Source of the DNA: the human T2T-CHM13v2.0 reference genome, Homo sapiens
Reading direction: 5' to 3' (one strand)
DNA length: 64,000 bases
NCBI RefSeq assembly: GCF_009914755.1
Contig: NC_060941.1
Positions 31,294 through 50,862 of the stretch are shown here, piece by piece. The position numbers were made by a program, and so were the translations under genes. Each line of letters opens with the position of its first letter. Position 1 is the first letter of the stretch. The notes under the pieces are model-generated. The model worked only from the letters and a program-made list of their open reading frames with translations, was not told where the DNA came from and made no database searches.

Positions 31294-31910
31294 ATGCTAT
31301 ATTTACTCAGCTTGGACTCTGTTAATGGAAAAACAAAGCCTGGATGACAGACAGCACATCTGTTTATGGCATGGATTACCGAATATTTTAAACCCACTGT
31401 TGAGACCTACTGCTCAAAAAAATACTTTTTTTCAAAATATTACTGCTCATTGACAATGCACCTGGTCACCCAAGAGTGCTGATGGAGATGTGCAGAGATG
31501 AGTGTTGTTTGCATGCCTAACACAACATGCATTTTGCAGCCCACGGATCAAAAAGTAATTTTGACTTTTTAGTCTTATTATTTAAAGAATACACTTTGTA
31601 CGGCTACAGGTGCTATAGACAGTGATTCTTCTGATAAATCTGGACAAAGTAAGTACATTGAAATCCTTCCAGAAAAGCTTCATCATTCTAGATGGCATTA
31701 TGAACATTCATGACTCATGGGAGGAGGTGAAAACATCAACATGAACAGGAGTTTGGAAGAAGTTGATTCCAACCCTCATGGATGACTTTGAGGGGTTCAA
31801 GACTTCAGTAGAGGAAATAATTTCAGGTGTAGTGGAAATATGGAGAACTAGAATGAGATGTGAACTCTGAAGATAGGACTGAATTGCTGCAATCTCACGA
31901 TCAAACTTGA

Positions 31911-32306
31911 ATGGATAAAGAGTTGCTTCCTCTGGAGGAGCAAAGAAAGTGTCTTCTTGAGATGCAAACTATTGTTAGTGAAGATGCTGTGAACATTGTT
32001 GAAATGACAACAAAGGATTTAGAATATTACATCCACTTAGTTAATAAAGCAGCAACAGGGCTTGAGGGCATTGACTTCAATTTCGAAAGAAGTTTCACTT
32101 TGGGTAAAATGCTGTCAAACAGCATCGCATGCTACAGAGAAATCTTTCATCAAAAGAAGCCTATTGAGTCACACATTTCATTGTTGTCTTCTTTTAAGAA
32201 ATTGCCACAGCCACCTCAACCTTCAGCAACCACTACTTTGATCAGTAAGCAGCCATCAACATCAAGGCAAGACTGTCCAGCAGCAAAAAAGATTATGACT
32301 TGCTAA
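31911..32306 (+). pseudogene. Tigger1 transposase C-terminal/ORF2 remnant
   Basis: [36 protein letters not shown] is typical of Tigger1/TIGD1. Confidence 0.85.
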
Positions 32307-32638
32307 AGACTCAGGTGCTCATTAGTATTTTTCAGCACCAAAGTATTTTTTTTGTGCTGGGCATGGTGGGTCACTCCTGTAATCCAAGCCAGTCTGGAGG
32401 CTGAAATGGGAGGATTGCTTGAGCCCAGGAGTTTAAGGCTACAGTGGGCTATGACCATGCCACTGCACTCCAGCCCAGGTAATAGAGCGAAAGCCCATCT
32501 CTCTAAAAAAAAAAAAGGGCTGGGCACGGTGGCTCACGCCTGTAATCCTAGCACTTTGGTAGGTCCAAGCGGGTGGATCATCTGAGGTCAGGAGTTCGAG
32601 ACCAGCCTGGCCAACATGGCGAAATCCTGTCTCTACTA

Positions 32639-32845
<207 letters not shown>

Positions 32846-33122
32846 TTAAAATTAATGTGTATACTTTTTTATGAGCACAATTCTATTGTACACTTAATAG
32901 ACTATAGTATAGTGTCATCATAACTTCTATGCGCTGGGAAACCAAAAAACTCGTGTGACTCACTTTATTGCAATATTTGCTTTACTGCAGTGGTCTGAAA
33001 CCAAACCCTCAATAGCTCTGAGGTATGCTTGCATTACGATGTTCACAAATCCTTTAAAAATATTTTACACAGCATATTTTAAATAACTACTGTTAGAAGC
33101 CCCTATTGTACAAAAGAATGGA

Positions 33123-36642
<3,520 letters not shown>

Positions 36643-37147
36643 CATTCTAAAGGAATTCTCTCTGCTCTCTCCATAACTTAATAAATGTTCACTACACACC
36701 CCTCATGTCACTGGGCATCCATCGATCACCCTGAGCCCTCTGTAGCATATTACCTTTGAAAGCTGAAGCGGTAGCCACAGTGAGGTTCTTCAATTCTTTA
36801 CGTTTGAAAAAGAAAATACAGTATAAACACGAGATTATGAAGACATCCTCTCGGGGAGAAGTGATAAAGTGAGAAACTAGGACTCTGGGTGACCAATGTG
36901 CAATTCTTTCTCAATGACCCCATACAAGACAAGCCAGTAATTAGTTAAATATGAAATTGATTAGGTGAGTTCCAAAGGAGTTCCGAATCTAAGTGTAACT
37001 GAAACTTTACACAGAGAGCACAGCCATTTATTTGGCTTTCTGTAGAGCTCTGGTGTCTTCAGATTTTCTGAAGCCAGGCAGGGCAGGACAGGCAGAAAAT
37101 GAGTGAGTGTGGTAAGAAAGAGAAAAATATACACAGATGTGTGATAT

Positions 37148-37552
37148 GTATATATATATATATCCAGATATATATATCCATATATATATCCAGATATATA
37201 TATCCATATATATATCCAGATATATATATCCATATATATATCCAGATATATATATCCATATATATATCCAGATATATATATCCATATATATATCCAGATA
37301 TATATATCCATATATATATCCAGATATATATATCCATATATATATCCAGATATATATATCCATATATATATCCAGATATATATATCCATATATATATCCA
37401 GATATATATATCCATATATATATCCAGATATATATATCCATATATATATCCAGATATATCCATATATATATCCATATATATCCATATATATATCCATATA
37501 TATATCCATATATATATCCATATATATATCCATATATATATAGATATATATA
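37148..37552. repeat. AT-rich minisatellite: 11 x 26-bp CCAGATATATATATCCATATATATAT, then 12-bp units
   Basis: CCAG recurs every 26 nt from 37164 to 37450. Confidence 0.96.
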
Positions 37553-37864
37553 TAGTTGGCTCTCCATATACAAGGATTCAACCAACTGTGGATCAAAAAT
37601 ACTCAGAAAGAATTTCCACCTGGACTGAACATGTACAGACTTTTTTTTCTTGTCAGTATTCTCTAAGCAATATAGTCTAACAACTATTAACATAGCATTT
37701 ACATTGTATTAGGTACTATACATAATCTAGAGATGATTTAATGTATATGGGAATATGTGTGTAGGTTACATGCAAATACTATGTCATTTTGCATCAGAGA
37801 TCAATGGATTTTGGTATTTGAGGGAGGCCATGGAACCAAACCCGTGGATACCAAGGGACAACTG
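37553..37864 (-). mobile_element. MER2 (Tigger family)
   Basis: Both TIRs (tagttggctctccatatac and ggataccaagggacaactg) flanked by TA. Confidence 0.9.
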
Positions 37865-38443
37865 TATCAGGAAAGAGAAATTGATTGATTAGGGTAGAAG
37901 AGAAAAATATATGCTGTTTGTGAGATTAGACACCATTCCAATTTTCTCTCTTAACAGAACTTGAAATTTTTTGTGTGCCCTGTATTACTCAATCTAATGA
38001 TTCAGCATAGTTCACTACTTGCCAGTGCTTTAATACACAGATGATATGCTGACACTTTTAAAGGGTGAATGCTAGGCTGGAATAATGTCTATTCTTACTT
38101 TCCCAGAACCTACATCTTGTTGTCAATTGGCTCATGCTAACATGCCTGTCCAAGATGCAATGTGGTTTGGAGGAAAAGTATGTAACAGCATCACACTGGG
38201 GCTCTAAATGGCTATTTAATTACTAAGAAATGTTGAACATTCAGTTTATACATTTTTTAATTCAATGAGAATGTCATCCAATAAGGACTCTAGATAGTTC
38301 GTTGGCATTTCCATAAGATATATTAGGCACTGTTAATTATAAAGATTTGTTGACAGTAATTTGAAAATCTAGAATCTTAATACGAGTTTCAGGAAAGTAT
38401 TAGCCAAAATGTTTTTAATGAGATAATTAAATAAAAATTCTTA

Positions 38444-42759
<4,316 letters not shown>

Positions 42760-43899
42760 TGGGGGATTTAAAACAGAAGCATGGGCCACCTGAAGATGAA
42801 CACTTGATGTGCATATAAAAGGAGACACCTGCCAGAATTCACTCCTGCCTTCTTACGCCACAATGGGGAGGATTCTCCTCCTAGTACCAATGATACCACG
42901 AAGACTGGCAGGAAGAAGAGCACAGGTACCTCCTCTTCCACCACCCACGTATGTGGGAGAGGAAACTTTTGAACACCAAGGCAGGAAGAAGAACTTTTTC
43001 TTCTGGGAACCAAGACTTCACAGAGAGGTTGAGTTCCCTGTCATCCCAATTTCCTACTTGAAATTCAGGATACATTTTTCCCAGAAAGAAATATGATACA
43101 AAATTTTGCTATTTTTAAACGGATGATTCAGCCAATTTATGGATGAGAGGTGTTTTGTGTATGCATGTGTGCTTGTGTGTGTATATTAGCTGCTGAACAT
43201 ATTGTTGGTGCTATGGGAAAATGAATTGCAGATTGACTTTCAAGCTACAATCCATTTGCCAGCTGTGGACTCCGCACGCCTATGCAGAGAAAGTAAGAGC
43301 AGTAATGACAGTGGCAAAATGCACCAGACAAGTTGTGATTAGAACTCTTCCATAAAGAAGGGAGTCTGGGGCTACTTAAGAGCAATGCAGCTGACCACAT
43401 AAAATGCAAATTGAAGCAAGCTCTAGGTGGCTGTTCAGGCCCTGCCTGGGCTAAGCCAGTTTACAGAAAGCTCCAGCAGCTATCCCAGGGCCTGGCTCCA
43501 TCAGTGTTTGGGAAAGTGAACTAGATTTTCACACGTGTCTCCTGGTTAAATGAGACTTAGGAAACCATGCTGGTTTGAGGGGGTGCTGAGCTTGTGTGTA
43601 TACGATAGGAGGGAAGGGACAACATGGATTAGCCTAGAAGGACAATAAAAGAGTTAGAAAGTCCTTGCACCTGTGTTCACAGACCAGCAATGCCTTCCTC
43701 TTAGGGGCAGAAGCTAATATGGAGATTAGATTGCCTTCACTAATTGTCAAGAATGTCAGTAAAGGGGACCAACTTAAGTAAATTAATGTTAGTCTCACAA
43801 CCTATTGCATATTTAAGATTTGATTTGCTGGTTTGCAGCTGAAATAAGACGGCTTCCTTCCCTCTAATGCATCCCTTATGCAGATGGTCCTGGCTTCCA

Positions 43900-44588
43900 G
43901 CATCCTAAATACAATTCCAATAGTTTTCATTAGTAATCATCAAATCTAGCTGAATCTTCTTTCAAAGTGCCTCTTTTTGCCTTTCACTACTGACCTAACC
44001 TATCTCTAGCCTCTCCCAGTTCCAACCCACCTTGATTGCTGAGGGCAAATTTACTTTCTTAAAACAATGCTTGGATTAAGTTACGCCCCTTTGCAAGACC
44101 CTTTCACCTCCCCGCAAGTACCTGCAGAATAAAGTCCAAACCTCTAGCCCACCTTTTAAGGCCCTGTGGAGTCCTCACCTGTAAATCTCCCCCGCCCTCA
44201 CCACTCCTGCACACAAGGCAACAAGGTCTCCTTGGCAGCTTCTGAGTAAGGTTGTCCTTATTTCTGCCACAGTGCTTTGTCCACACCTCCTTGAATTCCT
44301 CAATTCCTCCCTCTGTCTTAAAAGAACATTTCTGAGTCTGTCTGCTCCATGAAGTATAAGTCCGAGCTCATTTTTGCCCATGCCCTGCTCACTCCTCTCC
44401 ATTCCTTGCAGTGAATTGTGCTAAGCATCTCTGGCTTCCTTGTGAAAAAGGTGATGCCGTTCTCCATCAGGGTGCTGTGTACCCACTATGTGTGAGCGGT
44501 ACAGAATGAATGAACATCCCAGGGCCCTAGAAAGGCGCCTGGCACATCCTGGACACTCAACAAGTATCTTTTAATTTTAATGAATAAA
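43900..44588 (+). mobile_element. L2 3' portion
   Basis: agaataaagtccaaacctct..gcctggcacat..aatgaataaat. Confidence 0.65.
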
Positions 44589-44828
44589 TTCAAGATATTC
44601 GACTGTATTCATTTTCCACCCACTTTCCCCCTAGGCCAGGGACTCTCCTCCCAGGTGAGAAAAAATCATCTAGATACCTTAATTTTGATAAAGTTAGCGT
44701 TGATGTATAAAAAGCAGAACTTCCTCTGTAACCCTGTGAGAAATGAGAAGCCTCCAATCTTCTTCCCCACACCTACCCCCTACTGAGTTTCGGGTTCCTT
44801 GGAAATAACTGACCTGGATTGTTTCTGA

Positions 44829-45325
<497 letters not shown>

Positions 45326-45414
45326 TCAACACACTAAACTCCCAAACAGACCTTCTCGACAAGCCAAAAGCTCTTTAGCTAACCTAATATTCTTTAGCTG
45401 TTGTTTCAGAGGCT

Positions 45415-45660
45415 TTTCGAGAACAAAACTGCCGCCCCGTCTTGGCCTTGCCGCTTTTCACCCATCACTCTACTGAGTGTGTGTCTGACTTGTTTATCTG
45501 GACGCAATCTTTGTCGCACCCAGTTATCTCGCTCAGCGACCGGGGCGACCACGTTTCCTTAAATCAGAGCCCCGTGGACTCCGCCGGAGAACTACATTAC
45601 CCAGCGGCCTTCGCGCCCTTCGCAGGAAGGACGTCTGCGCACTAAGATACTCAGTTCCAA
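45415..45660 (+). promoter_or_regulatory. MAP2K6 proximal promoter, small CpG-dense and TATA-less
   Basis: About 20 CpG in ~230 bp of non-repeat sequence immediately upstream of exon 1; Inr TCAGTTC at 45651-45657. Confidence 0.85.
45589..45616 (+). promoter_or_regulatory. ZNF143 (SBS) / THAP11-HCFC1 composite motif
   Basis: GAACTACATTACCCAGCGGCCTTCGCG matches ACTAYRnnnCCCR followed by an SBS-like tail, ~50 bp upstream of the Inr. Confidence 0.8.
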
Positions 45661-45694
45661 GTTTGGAGCTTTTAGCTGCCAGCCCTGGCCCATC

Positions 45695-45700
45695 ATGTAG
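45695..45700 (+). other. start-stop uORF (ATG-TAG) in the MAP2K6 5'UTR
   Basis: catcATGTAG, A at -3. Confidence 0.75.
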
Positions 45701-45832
45701 CTGCAGCACAGCCTTCCCTAACGTTGCAACTGGGGGAAAAATCACTTTCCAGTCTGTTTTGCAAGGTGTGCATTTCCATCTTGATTCCCTGAAAGTCCAT
45801 CTGCTGCATCGGTCAAGAGAAACTCCACTTGC

Positions 45833-45877
45833 ATGAAGATTGCACGCCTGCAGCTTGCATCTTTGTTGCAAAACTAG
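45833..45877 (+). other. 14-codon uORF MKIARLQLASLLQN*
   Basis: ATG at 45833 to TAG at 45875-45877, same frame as the main ATG; weak Kozak context. Confidence 0.7.
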
Positions 45878-45940
45878 CTACAGAAGAGAAGCAAGGCAAA
45901 GTCTTTTGTGCTCCCCTCCCCCATCAAAGGAAAGGGGAAA

Positions 45941-45956
45941 ATGTCTCAGTCGAAAG
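45941..45956 (+). CDS. MAP2K6: MAP2K6 (MKK6) coding part of exon 1; remainder of CDS lies beyond the window
   Basis: ATG TCT CAG TCG AAA G|GTAAGA encodes MSQSK(G), the recognised N-terminus of MKK6 (MSQSKGKKRNPGLKIP); purine at -3; canonical phase-1 donor; upstream sequence matches the MAP2K6 mRNA leader as I recall it. Confidence 0.96.
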
Positions 45957-48900
45957 GTAAGAGGCTGTTTGCATTAGTTGCAAAAATGCAAAGGGTTGTG
46001 CATGCATTTATGAATGCATGGATGCAATTTTCGCCTGGCGAGTGCATTTTTAAGTTTGAGGTTTTCCACAGCTCAGTTGCATTTCCTGTTTAGTATGTGT
46101 CTTTTTTTGCAGACACAGAGAGTTCCTGTAAGGCAGGGCTTGCAGTTCAGCTGTGCATTGACGTTATTTGCATTCTTCTGCTAGGATTACTGAGCTCTTT
46201 TTGCCTTTTGCACAGTCAGGAGAGACAGAGCAGGTTGGTAGCGTCTAAATGTGCAAGGCTTTATATAATTGTAAAATTCTTTACTATGCACAGATATTGT
46301 AAGTAATTTTGTATGCAACAGGAATAGAAACTTTTAAAAACTCTATAGGTGAAGATGAAAGGTAAAACTTGAGTTAAACTACTAGGAAATTAATGTAATC
46401 TTATATTCTTTGGGGGAAATAGACCGTTGCGGTGCCAGTATTTAGCTAAATTTCCATTGATATCGCCTTGAACATTAGGTAACTTTTGATTTTTAAAGGA
46501 AGTAAAGGTGAAGGGTGAATAACAGCATATCACAAAAAAGCAGACGAGTCTTGCTCTTCTGAGATTTTGCACTTTACACCAATTGCTTATTGGCTCGCAA
46601 AATTTAGAAGCAGCAGTGAAGACCTAATGTTTTATGTCTGCCCATTTGGGGGATGCTTTGCATCTTGGGGGAAAATATTGGGGGTAAAACTGTACTTTTA
46701 AGCATTACAGTAGTGTGAAGGGACTGCACTGTTTCATTGACAAGCATAATGAAATATTTTAAGTGTGTAACTGCGTGTATTTAGTCAGCTGTAATAGGTT
46801 GGAAGTTCACGTTATGGTTGTTTTCTTTATGTTCTTTTATTTTCTTTTCTTAATTTTTGTTTTTAAACACAGTTGTATTTTGCAGGCTTAATGTCACCCT
46901 GGGAAGGGGATTTAAAAAATTCCTGATATGACATCAAAGAGCAGACTAGGTGCTGTCAGGTGCCCCTGGGACCCCAAGTCACTTGTTTCAGAACAATTGT
47001 TTCTTTACCATAGAGAAAGCATATGCCATATGAGAAGTATGGGATGATGAAGAGAGGTGTTAGATACTATTGAATTAGGCTACCCGGGGCACTCTTTGAG
47101 TAAGACATGGTGAAATTAAAGGGTCTAACAAGCTTTTTGCTACTTTTTTGGGAGGGAGTGTGGGGAGTTGTTGCACCGCTTTTTAATTCTACCTGATGGG
47201 AGTCATATATCTCAGCAGCCCAAGAAGGAAGTAGTAATCTCAAGCATTCAAAGTAGCACTCTGCTTTTCTTTGAGTATTAGGGGAGAATGGAAATCTGAA
47301 AAGTTAAGAGTGCTGAAGAACCTAGGAATTGACATATCAGGTGGAGATGTTCCTCAAGTGGGGAAAACCTAAAAATCTCCTTATTGAGTAGAGAAATAAT
47401 AGTTCAGAAGAGGCAGTCCATGCTTTGATGTATTAAAGAGATGGCATTTAGTTACTTTGTATTTGGTAAACATTCGCTCATTCATTCAATTCAGTTTAAT
47501 ATATGTGTAATATATTGTGATATGCATGTATATACATATGTATGTGTGTATATATATGCATGTATATGTATGTATTGTGTGTGTATGTGTGCACATGATT
47601 TAGGGACACACAAAAATATTTAAAATGAAGTTTTTCCTTCGGGTTGGTGAAAACAAGAATGTAAGGAAATCATTATAATACAAGATAATAGGACAGGTAT
47701 TGAAGAGAAATGGTGCTATTGGAGTTTAAAAATGGAAGTGATTTATCTATTTGGGGGATAGTCAGGAAGGTTTATGAAGAGGGTGGTGTTTACTGTGATC
47801 TTATCTTTGGACTTTAGGGTCTAAACTAAATCAGGCTCCTTTTTGCATATTTTTGGGCTCACTATGAACGTGGCTCCCTCTTAGTAGAGCCAGTTTTTGA
47901 GTTGAGAAGCCAAAGGAGATATTAGCACTGCACTCTTCCCTATGGATGTGTTTACAATGGATCAGGTACTGGTGGTCCTTCAAATCAATTCCCATTTACC
48001 CAGATGAGTTTTCTTAATTGGATTCTGCTTGGAAAGTACATCTGGAATGAACATGGGGTTCTTGTCCGAAAGGAAAATTATTGGTAGAAAGAAGTGGGTG
48101 ATCATTTTAGAAATGGCAAAAGAGCCAGCCGCCTTGGCCTGGACTTTAAATGTGGAATTGGCCTTATTCAGCTACGCTATTCTCAAATGGCCAAAATACT
48201 TTTTGCAGTACCAAACTTCTTTTTTAATATTCTAACCCAAGAAATGGGAGGAAAAGTGAAAAGTGGATACAATCTCATAGTATTGAAGAATTTAACAATA
48301 TGTTCAATTCAAGGACCTTTACGAACTTTCTAGATCACTATAATTCGGTTTAACAGACCTCTAATTTAAGGCACAGCAGAGGCAAAGGAATTACAGACTC
48401 TCTGGAAGCTGGAAGGACTGGGTTACTGCTCTACAGCCTTACCAACAGTGAGATTCCGAGAAAGAATTTCTTAAAAAGAAATTTTGTTTTCCACAGTTGT
48501 AACTTTAGGTGGTATGCTTTTCAGCTTGTTTATATTAGCTGTCTGGGGTTGAGTTGACATTTTTCAAATATTAAAGCAGTAGAATGCCTTTTGAGGAAAT
48601 CTGAAATGTAAGTTAACAGGAAGGGCACCCAGAAAGTGCAGGAATTCCTGCACACTACAGGAAGACAAGCTACAGGAAAAATGTGTCATCTACACTACCC
48701 GGGAGAGAAAAACTATTGTTATCAGCCATAATGATCTCCGGAGGGAGGGAGAGAAAGAGGGAGGTAGGGAGATCTGGCATCCCCCAGTTCACCTGAAAAT
48801 ACACAAAAAGTTTGACCCTGTTAAAATACACTTTTCTCACTTCTCCTCCTATTCACCTTTAAAAAATATTAGTTTATTTTAGTTTTAGAGAGCAATAAGT

Positions 48901-49379
48901 AAATCATGTAAGAAATGCCTATGAGGCACAATTCAGAAGCATATAGCAGAGTGGTAGGAAAGGTCTTAACTCTACTGGGGTTCTTTGCTTCTGTAATTCA
49001 TTCCACCCTTGGGAAATGAAATGTGTAAATTTCTTGTTCTCTATAAATTCCTTTGTTAGGTTGTACCAGACGGACTTGTCATGCTTAGCCTGTAATCTGA
49101 GCCAGTATGTTTTATAACCCCGTACATCTCAGGACACAAAATCAGAATAGGTAGCTTGGGTTTCCTGAGCTTGCTTTGTATTAGCATTGCATTCAGTTCT
49201 TTAGAGCATGCGGCCTGTTAACTGTAGGGGGCTTCAGGGGTCTCTGGTTGGTAAATTTAATGTTGGAGAAAAGAGTTGAGATTCTCTTGTCTTTGTTTTT
49301 CAGATTAGTGTTACTTTAATGACTCCCCAGTATTTTAAAATCTGAAAGATCTACAAGGAATATTTTTAAAACTTAAAAG

Positions 49380-50560
49380 AAATTTCATAAATAACCCTTG
49401 TTCATTATAGAAACATTTCATAGAAAAGGAAAAATAAGAATGACTAGTTACTGCAGTCTACACTTTGGCATTTATTCTCTTGGACTTTTTTTTTCTATCT
49501 ATGTGTATGAAGCATCCAAAATGTGTGTAAAACTAAGTCTATTTCGTTCCCTCTTGTTTCACTTACCAATATATGGCAAAATATTCCCAAGTTTATATAT
49601 TTCTACATTCATAGTATCCTCTTCCATTGTATTTATTTAAATAGAATCTTAATGTTTATTAACTTTCACTATTGTGAATATTTCCGTGATGATCATACCA
49701 GTTCCTACATTATCATGCATACTATGCCCTTAGATTAAATTCCAGGGAGCAAAACCACAGGCTTTGAATGTCCAGTTCTTCTTCACTCTCCATTCTCTTT
49801 TCTTCCTTCTGAAAATAGCTTTTTATTATTGCAAAAAAAAAATGACATATGCTAATCAAAAAATTCAAACCAAAGATAAATTCACAATAAGAATATAAAA
49901 CTCACTCAAAGTCATACCACCCAGAGCTAATTACTGTTAGTTTTTTGGGTACTATCTCCATATTTGTATGTACATGTTATTTTACACACTATATATTGTA
50001 TTTTGTAACTTGCTTTTTTATACTCTACCATATATCTTGGATATCTTTCTGTAGTAGTACACATAAGGTTACCTATTTTTTAACAACCGTGAATTTTAAT
50101 TTGTAAGAATGTAGCCATTTACTTAATGTCATATTGAGTTTTCAAACAGTTTCCATTTTTTTGCACAGCTATACACAGTACTGTAAGGAATACCTGGAAC
50201 ATACATCTTTATACATTTGCCCAATTATTTCTTTAGGATGATTCCTAGAGGTGGAAGTCCTGGGTCAAAGGGCATGTATAGATATATTGCTAAATTGCCC
50301 TTCATAGAGGTAACACTAATTCTCATTTCTACCAATAATATTTAGACGTGCCCATTCTGTCCTTTCAAGCATAATGGTACATATTGCCAAGTAAATTGCT
50401 CTTCAGGAAGATGGTACCTTTCTTCATCCTGGGTATAACAATTTGAAAAAATCTTTGGCAGTTTGATGAAAGCTATTAATATTCTACTCTAATATTATTA
50501 GTGATAAGGCAGTTGCATTTTTCAGTTTTTTTGACATTTGTGTTTCATGTGCCCAAATTT
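49380..50560 (-). mobile_element. old L1ME-type 3' fragments
   Basis: atttctttaggatgattcctagaggtggaagtcctgggtcaaagggcatg-type motifs. Confidence 0.65.
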
Positions 50561-50587
50561 CTTTTTTTCTCATGAAATATATCCTTA

Positions 50588-50862
<275 letters not shown>

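Larger units (their letters stand above)
45653..45940 (+). other. MAP2K6: MAP2K6 5'UTR (exon 1)
   Basis: Begins AGTTCCAAGTTTGGAGC at an Inr consensus and runs to the ATG; exact TSS inferred. Confidence 0.85.

Noticed and set aside
36961-37693. Long IY-rich ORFs and a regularly spaced, CRISPR-like repeat
   Set aside because: A pure tandem minisatellite with no unique spacers in a eukaryotic context
42809-43096. 95-aa ORF in unique sequence
   Set aside because: No recognisable domain or splice structure
45533-45871. 112-aa antisense ORF over the promoter and UTR
   Set aside because: No recognisable homology; such ORFs are expected in GC-richer sequence
45908-46093. 61-aa ORF containing MSQSKG
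   Set aside because: Reads through the exon 1 donor into the intron; only 45941-45956 is supported CDS
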